Below, piece by piece: positions 14,989-20,000 of a stretch of 20,000 bases of DNA. Each line of letters starts with the position of its first letter. The first letter of the stretch is position 1. The translations under genes were made by a program, and so were the position numbers. Source of the stretch: an uncultured virus (IMG/VR IMGVR_UViG_3300003375_000024) (lineage: Duplodnaviria; Heunggongvirae; Uroviricota; Caudoviricetes); the IMG/VR virus record IMGVR_UViG_3300003375_000024; one strand, written 5' to 3'. The notes under the pieces were generated by a model. It saw only the letters and a program-made list of their open reading frames with translations, did no database searches and was not told the origin of the DNA.

Positions 14989-15096
14989 AACGCACTCTGT
15001 AAGCGCACTAGAGAGCTGCTAACGCTCTTTAGTGCGCTAGTTGATAGCAGAGCATCACTTTACGATTTGAACGCTTACAGAGCGTTTAAATCGTTC
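14989..15096 (+). repeat. Second copy of the structured intergenic element
   Basis: 15-bp stem 15002-15016/15024-15038 with a compensatory change relative to 14143-14176. Confidence 0.8.
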
Positions 15097-15221
15097 TATT
15101 TAATTGTCAAGCGATTCCAAAAACTGGGACACCGTGGTGTTGTTTTTTAGCTACAATACAAGCTTACTTTAGTGCTGTCGCGCCAAACAAAAAGTGCGTA
15201 AACCTATTTTCTATGGTTGCC

Positions 15222-15302
15222 TCGTGGATTACGGTAGGTTACGGTAGATTTCCGGATATCCGGTAGGTTACGGTAGGTTATCGTGGATTACGGTAGCTTA
15301 CG
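15222..15302. repeat. 10-bp-period tandem repeat (TTACGGTAGG)
   Basis: ACGGTAGGTT, ACGGTAGATT, CGGTAGGTTA x2, CGGTAGCTTA, with TCGTGGATTA twice. Confidence 0.85.
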
Positions 15303-15386
15303 CCGGAGCTAGGGCAAAGGTAGAAAAACGGTATTTTCAAAAACCGGAATAAAATTTTTTCCAGGATCCCGGTAGATTTTTGGTCT

Positions 15387-16055
15387 CTATGCTTTATTAC
15401 TTTGAATCCACGCTCTAGCAGGATTCTTATTAGGGGCTTGGTTAGTGAATTTCACTAGCTTCTTATACGTGGCTTCTATCTGTTCTCTTGTAGTTTTATC
15501 ATCTCCACTGTTATCTATGACAGCGGCATTCTCAAAAGCGTTTGCAAACTTACCCATATTGTTATGGGCGGCATGCCATTTCTTACTAATAACATCATCA
15601 GGAACTGTTCTGGTACGGAGTTGATTGCGTTGTCTTGCAACTTCAAAGTCTGTATTCACTATAACAACAAAGTTATTATATCCTAGCTCATCAAATTTGG
15701 CTTTCATTCTGATGACTTTATCAAAGTTATCACCGGTTCCGTCTATAACGATGCCTAGTCTTCCGTATACGGCTAGAGCTATCTTAGATGCGGTAACTTG
15801 TTTTGCACGGTCTCTGACTTGATTTCGTTGATCTTGTTCTGCATCTGGCATTTTAAAGTCTAGATTATTCTTAGACATCAGATATTCAAATGCTGTATCA
15901 CTGTTGATGGGAACGTATCCTAGGCTTTGGAGGCCTAGTTGTTTTGATATATAACCCTTGCCGCTACCGGGTCCGCCTATTAGGAAGACTATCTTGAATA
16001 TGGCAGGATCGTTGATACCTTCTATCAGGTCAATCATTTCTCTTAGTGTTTTCAT
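15387..16055 (-). CDS. P-loop kinase (AAA_33 / zeta-toxin-like fold)
   Basis: Walker A GGPGSGKG, INSD, IVIDGT Walker-B-like, R..LR.R lid. Confidence 0.8.
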   Translation of the reverse strand: MKTLREMIDLIEGINDPAIFKIVFLIGGPGSGKGYISKQLGLQSLGYVPINSDTAFEYLMSKNNLDFKMPDAEQDQRNQVRDRAKQVTASKIALAVYGRLGIVIDGTGDNFDKVIRMKAKFDELGYNNFVVIVNTDFEVARQRNQLRTRTVPDDVISKKWHAAHNNMGKFANAFENAAVIDNSGDDKTTREQIEATYKKLVKFTNQAPNKNPARAWIQSNKA

Positions 16056-16071
16056 AATATACTCACGATAG

Positions 16072-16087
16072 CTTATTTATAAATAAG
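16072..16087. promoter_or_regulatory. Bidirectional T4-type late promoter (TATAAATA on both strands)
   Basis: Perfect palindrome CTTATTTATAAATAAG between divergent genes. Confidence 0.7.
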
Positions 16088-16106
16088 TATTAGATAATGG
16101 AACATT

Positions 16107-17150
16107 ATGAGATATAAAGAATTCGCTATAGAGAGTTATGAGTTAGATGAAGAGATTAGTCTATCAAAATATGATTCTGAAGTTAAAAAAGTTATTCAAA
16201 CAGGAATTGTTAAGGCATTAAAAGATGTGTACGAATCCTACTGGGCTGATGACGACGAATACGAGAATAGTAAAAAAGAATACAACAAGGGAAATACAGA
16301 AAAATTCTATAAATTAATGGAGGTAGATCTTTTAAATCATGTAGCATACGAGGTAAATGATGCATTATACGTGTTAGGATATAGAATCGAACCCGCATTA
16401 CAGGAGATAGACTCTAAATTACTTAATGATAATATAGGCGGATATGCTAAAGGTTATGAAATAGTCATGAATAGAAGTGTCATGGTAAAGATAACTTCTT
16501 TAATCTGTAAAGTAATAAAAAATAAGGTAGAGAAAAAATATGTAATCGGAGAATTACTAAAGGGATTGTATTCAGTGGTAGAGGAAATGATTGAAAATGG
16601 CGGGGNAGATTTATTAGAGTTCAGTGATTTAAAGAAGGCTATTAATGAATATGCCGGTACATTTATACATGAATTAGTCCATATAATCCAACATGCACGG
16701 CAAAAGCATAGAGGCGGTAAATTTGAATTTCGCAGTCATCTTGACAAAGAAAAAAATGAATTTGCTAAGTTAGCAAGAAAAAATAGTGTATTTCCTAGTG
16801 ATGACTCGGCTTCATCTCCTAAGTTATCCAGGGAAGAACAAGCAAGATACTATGATTTATACCTTGCCAGTACTGCGGAAATAGCTGCCCATGCTCACAA
16901 TATTGCGCTAGGTATAATACGTAGGTATGCGTTAGAACAACCAAGGCCGATTAAAAGTTCGTACATAAATGTAGGTAACAATGCTCTTAGGGATATAACT
17001 CGTCTAATTGACGAATATCTAGATAAACGATATAAAGGTAAAACAGATCCCAAGGTTCAGGCAGTATATAAACGATATCATAAGTTAGTGTATCAAGAAG
17101 TATATAAACAGATACAAGATACTCTTAAGACAGCTAACTTTAAGGCGTAA
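16107..17150 (+). CDS. Protein with HExxH zinc-metallopeptidase-like motif, possibly virion-associated
   Basis: FIHELVHIIQH and downstream EIAAHA; late promoter upstream; one ambiguous base at 16606. Confidence 0.7.
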   Translation: MRYKEFAIESYELDEEISLSKYDSEVKKVIQTGIVKALKDVYESYWADDDEYENSKKEYNKGNTEKFYKLMEVDLLNHVAYEVNDALYVLGYRIEPALQEIDSKLLNDNIGGYAKGYEIVMNRSVMVKITSLICKVIKNKVEKKYVIGELLKGLYSVVEEMIENGGXDLLEFSDLKKAINEYAGTFIHELVHIIQHARQKHRGGKFEFRSHLDKEKNEFAKLARKNSVFPSDDSASSPKLSREEQARYYDLYLASTAEIAAHAHNIALGIIRRYALEQPRPIKSSYINVGNNALRDITRLIDEYLDKRYKGKTDPKVQAVYKRYHKLVYQEVYKQIQDTLKTANFKA

Positions 17151-17360
17151 TTATTTATTCCAAAGTAGGGCAAACATAGTAGCCCTACTTTCATCGTCAC
17201 TATAGAATCTAAAGTGTATTTCCTTCAGATTACCCATAAAGCTCCAATCAAAGTCTTTACTATGCACTAGACCGTTTTCCTTGCACCAGTTACTCATTTC
17301 AATGGCACGTTTAGAGGCATATAACTGAGCATCTTTATAGGGTATTTTAACTATAATCAT
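17151..17360 (-). CDS. Small paralog-family protein (C-terminal F...A.MFAL.W)
   Basis: Clear paralog of 17357-17569. Confidence 0.85.
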   Translation of the reverse strand: MIIVKIPYKDAQLYASKRAIEMSNWCKENGLVHSKDFDWSFMGNLKEIHFRFYSDDESRATMFALLWNK

Positions 17361-17569
17361 TTATTCCACACTAGGGCAAACATACTGGCCCAGCTTTCAC
17401 TATCACCGTAAAATTTAAACTCTATCTCATTGTCATCAGGATGGTATGACCAGCTATAGTCAGTATGATTAACCAGTCCCTGTTGCCTACACCATATACT
17501 CATTTCAATGGCATTGTTTGCTGCAGGGCCATGCCTAACAAATGGTATTTTAACCAGGGCTGTCATCAA
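17357..17569 (-). CDS. Small paralog-family protein
   Basis: AIEMS.WC...GLV...D..WS...EI.F.FY...ES.A.MFAL.WNK shared with neighbour. Confidence 0.85.
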   Translation of the reverse strand: MMTALVKIPFVRHGPAANNAIEMSIWCRQQGLVNHTDYSWSYHPDDNEIEFKFYGDSESWASMFALVWNK

Positions 17570-17775
17570 CGTTGCCAGCGAAGTGCAAACATGGTAGCAT
17601 CATAATCGCTCTCAAACTTAATACCATATCTAAAACCGTTGTTTTTATCCTGACCCAGTGTCCAGCGTTGTGGCTCTGGTAAGGGTGGATTGGGCATGTG
17701 TTGTTCTAACCATAGACCCACTTCTACAAATTCAGCACCTGTAAATCTTATTTTTGTCAGTTCAAAATCAATCAT
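17566..17775 (-). CDS. Small paralog-family protein
   Basis: Ends IKFESDYDATMFALRW; 4-nt overlaps with both neighbours. Confidence 0.85.
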   Translation of the reverse strand: MIDFELTKIRFTGAEFVEVGLWLEQHMPNPPLPEPQRWTLGQDKNNGFRYGIKFESDYDATMFALRWQR

Positions 17776-18059
17776 TCGTATTTCAACCTAAAGAAAGTTT
17801 CCTCTTGGGGTGATGCAAACTTTAATCTATATGAATAACCATGATATTCATGGTAGTATTTCTCAAGCGTGTAATTACCTGGACTGTGTTCTTGCATCAT
17901 TTTCAATGATTTCTCATCATGATTGTCTGAGATTTTAATCTCTTCTTCTGTAAGATGCCACGCAGGTCGTGGATGCAGAGATAATAAGTAGTCGCGCCAG
18001 GGTTTCTTTTTAAACATATAAGGTGTTGTGTCCATTTCAAAGAAATGCATGTTAGACAT
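17772..18059 (-). CDS. Hypothetical protein (PGNY...F.S..EE..F.LKY)
   Basis: Shares motifs with 19069-19305. Confidence 0.8.
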   Translation of the reverse strand: MSNMHFFEMDTTPYMFKKKPWRDYLLSLHPRPAWHLTEEEIKISDNHDEKSLKMMQEHSPGNYTLEKYYHEYHGYSYRLKFASPQEETFFRLKYE

Positions 18060-18531
18060 ATTGATCTAATCTTGTAACAAGGTCTGTGTAGCTTTCAGTG
18101 GCTATGCATATCTTAAACAGTATTCGCTCTGTATCTTCAGTTTGTACCGAGTGATATACTGTGGGATTAATTATTGCTGTAGTATATGTATAATGTACTG
18201 CTTCACCTAAGTTGGAGGAGTCAACTGCGTTAGGATAAAATGTAATAGGCGCAGGCTCTGGACTTAGAACAAAGTTAATGGCTGATATACTTTTTGGATC
18301 TCTGTGTGGCAGTAGAAATGAGTTGGGTTCTTGAAAGTAAAAGTCAACCCAGCCTGTGACCTTTAGATCCCGCATTAGTGTGTCAAAGTATGGATGTTTG
18401 ACATTGTTGCTCCAGCGCCAGTTCTGCATGGAACTGTGGTACACGCTACTGTTAGTTCGTTCTGTTGTTACGATAGACAACAGTAACTCTTTATCCACAG
18501 TATAGTTAAAGTTGGTAATTAAGTTATTCAT
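18052..18531 (-). CDS. 2OG-Fe(II) oxygenase / cupin-like protein
   Basis: PHRD...YHSV...R pattern (HxD...H facial triad). Confidence 0.65.
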   Translation of the reverse strand: MNNLITNFNYTVDKELLLSIVTTERTNSSVYHSSMQNWRWSNNVKHPYFDTLMRDLKVTGWVDFYFQEPNSFLLPHRDPKSISAINFVLSPEPAPITFYPNAVDSSNLGEAVHYTYTTAIINPTVYHSVQTEDTERILFKICIATESYTDLVTRLDQYV

Positions 18532-18737
18532 ATCTGTTGTCTAAGTGGTCTGGTTAAACTTTCTATTGTCATCTGTAGTATAGCATAGTCCATCACTGAT
18601 AGCAATAATGACAGTACCAGAACTAATACTGTAATTAGTATTACTTGCCTAAGTGTTAATACTTTGCCTATAGCCAGTACTATGTTTGCCATTACTAGAA
18701 TAACCAGGACCAGCTTTAGTACAAACAGATACATCAT
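18528..18737 (-). CDS. Small two-helix membrane protein
   Basis: Two long hydrophobic stretches; 4-nt overlaps. Confidence 0.7.
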   Translation of the reverse strand: MMYLFVLKLVLVILVMANIVLAIGKVLTLRQVILITVLVLVLSLLLSVMDYAILQMTIESLTRPLRQQI

Positions 18738-19072
18738 TCTGCGGAATCTTTATATAAACTATCGACATCACTATAGTAGCAATAACCGTTGTTTCTAATC
18801 AGTGCCTTTGCTGACTCGGCATCGTTCCTAAATGCCTCGGTAACATCGGCGGTAGTAACACCTTCCACAACTGTAATACTGTAAATCTCATATTGGCGAT
18901 GTGTATTAGCTCTGGCCCTAAGCTCAAGGTGCATTAGACTTGGAAACGTCGAGCTAAAAGGTTTGCTCTGCAATTCTGCCCACATACGATCCTGTGAGTA
19001 TTCTGTATAGTCACCACAGAACTCAAGACCGTTTATATCCCATACTACTATTAGTTGATGTTCTGCTGTCAT
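18734..19072 (-). CDS. Phage hypothetical protein (WD..GLE...LRARAN.HR.YEIY)
   Basis: ORF in a tightly packed operon. Confidence 0.8.
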   Translation of the reverse strand: MTAEHQLIVVWDINGLEFCGDYTEYSQDRMWAELQSKPFSSTFPSLMHLELRARANTHRQYEIYSITVVEGVTTADVTEAFRNDAESAKALIRNNGYCYYSDVDSLYKDSAE

Positions 19073-19305
19073 GAGTATTTCAATATAAACATTATTTCAT
19101 CTTGCTCTGTGAAGAAGTCAATTGTAATCCTTAGTTTACCTGAATCATCTTCTTCAAATTTTAACATGTAATTGCCAGGCATTTCCTGATGCATCTTTTC
19201 AGAAAGTCCCGTTATAAAATATTCAGGAGAATCTGTAGTGTTAGACTCAAACTTTTTTTCCAAGTTAGCAAAAAATTTATTAAGTTCTGATATAGTTAAT
19301 GTCAT
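19069..19305 (-). CDS. Hypothetical protein (PGNY...F.T..DE..F.LKY)
   Basis: Shares motifs with 17772-18059. Confidence 0.8.
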   Translation of the reverse strand: MTLTISELNKFFANLEKKFESNTTDSPEYFITGLSEKMHQEMPGNYMLKFEEDDSGKLRITIDFFTEQDEIMFILKYS

Positions 19306-19320
19306 ATCATGCTTGTAAAT

Positions 19321-19914
19321 TTAAAGTCTCTTAGTAATTATTTTATCAACAAGTCCCCAATCCATTGCTTCCTGAGCTGACATAAAAGTATCTCTTTCCA
19401 TCATTGTTGCAAATTCTTCAAAAGTTTTATTTTTTGAATTATGATTAACATAAATCTGTGTCAGTTCTTTTTTCATTTTTAGAATTTCATTAACTTGAAT
19501 TTCCATATCTGTTGCTTGCCCACGAGCACCACCCGAGGGCTGATGACACATATGACGAGCATATGGGAGAATCAATCGCTTGCCTGCAGTGCCTGCTTGC
19601 GCCAACAATGAACCCATGGAACAGGCTTGACCCATAACAATAGTTGAAACATCACACTTAATGAACTGTAGTGTATCATAAATTGCCATGCCGGCTGTAA
19701 CACTTCCGCCTGGACTGTTAATATAAAATAGGATATCTGATTCTGGATCGTCAGCTTCTAGGAATAGCAGCTGAGCTACAATTAAACTGGAACTGGTTTC
19801 GTTAACATCTGTATCTAGCATAACGATACGGTCCTGCAATAGACGGCTATAGATATCGTGGCTACGTTCGCCTTTAGCGGTTTGCTGTACTACCATGGGG
19901 ATTAAACTGGGCAT
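19321..19914 (-). CDS. clpP: ATP-dependent Clp protease proteolytic subunit
   Basis: DIYSRLL, YINSPGGSV, ACSMGS (catalytic Ser), HQPSGG (His), ERD (Asp). Confidence 0.97.
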   Translation of the reverse strand: MPSLIPMVVQQTAKGERSHDIYSRLLQDRIVMLDTDVNETSSSLIVAQLLFLEADDPESDILFYINSPGGSVTAGMAIYDTLQFIKCDVSTIVMGQACSMGSLLAQAGTAGKRLILPYARHMCHQPSGGARGQATDMEIQVNEILKMKKELTQIYVNHNSKNKTFEEFATMMERDTFMSAQEAMDWGLVDKIITKRL

Positions 19915-19944
19915 TCAACTTCCTTATAATGTTAATGTTACGTT

Positions 19945-19973
19945 ATAATAACATGTCCACATTATATTGTCAA
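19945..19973 (-). promoter_or_regulatory. sigma70-type promoter for the clpP operon, lacking the ATTAAATC box
   Basis: Minus strand TTGACA (19973-19968), 17 bp, TATTAT (19950-19945); AAGGAAG RBS. Confidence 0.7.
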
Positions 19974-20000
19974 GATATTATTATCCGAATCCTTTTGATT

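Noticed and set aside
27..15110. Classical integron with attC sites
   Set aside because: No consistent RYYYAAC...GTTRRRY bounded elements, no integrase in the window, and cassettes carry their own promoters
15387..16055. Zeta toxin of a toxin-antitoxin pair
   Set aside because: Only the general P-loop kinase fold is supported; no antitoxin candidate, and substrate cannot be told from sequence
16606..16606. Ambiguous base n in the HExxH gene
   Set aside because: Sequencing ambiguity with the frame intact; not treated as biological

Overview
Phage DNA, most likely from a large T4-like or jumbo myovirus-type genome; this is inferred from gene style, a TATAAATA late-promoter palindrome and a phage-style clpP neighbourhood. 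Bases 1 to ~15110 are an array of about 45 very small + strand genes. Almost every gene has its own copy of a conserved expression cassette: TTGACAATTAAATC-N9-TA(C/T)AAT...GAA(A/G)C...ACGGAGA..ATG, a near-consensus sigma70 promoter with a fixed ATTAAATC box and an RBS. I counted 43 forward and 4 inverted copies by eye. The cassette often supplies the stop codon of the upstream gene and often sits in covarying hairpins. The array has higher-order structure: two 13-14 bp tandem-repeat tracts, two back-to-back promoter junctions, gene-less 72-bp cassettes and a repeated structured element. The most striking signal is a GG/CC dinucleotide desert from ~12822 to 15116, with one GG and no CC in 13881-15116. 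It affects proteins (almost no Gly/Pro/Trp) and Shine-Dalgarno sequences (GGAG replaced by GAGA/GAGAG) and is flanked by GG/CC-rich non-coding tracts. Bases 15387-19914 are ordinary AT-rich phage genes: a P-loop kinase, an HExxH protein, a small paralog family, a 2OG-Fe(II)-like protein and ClpP. All counts are manual and no database searches were run.
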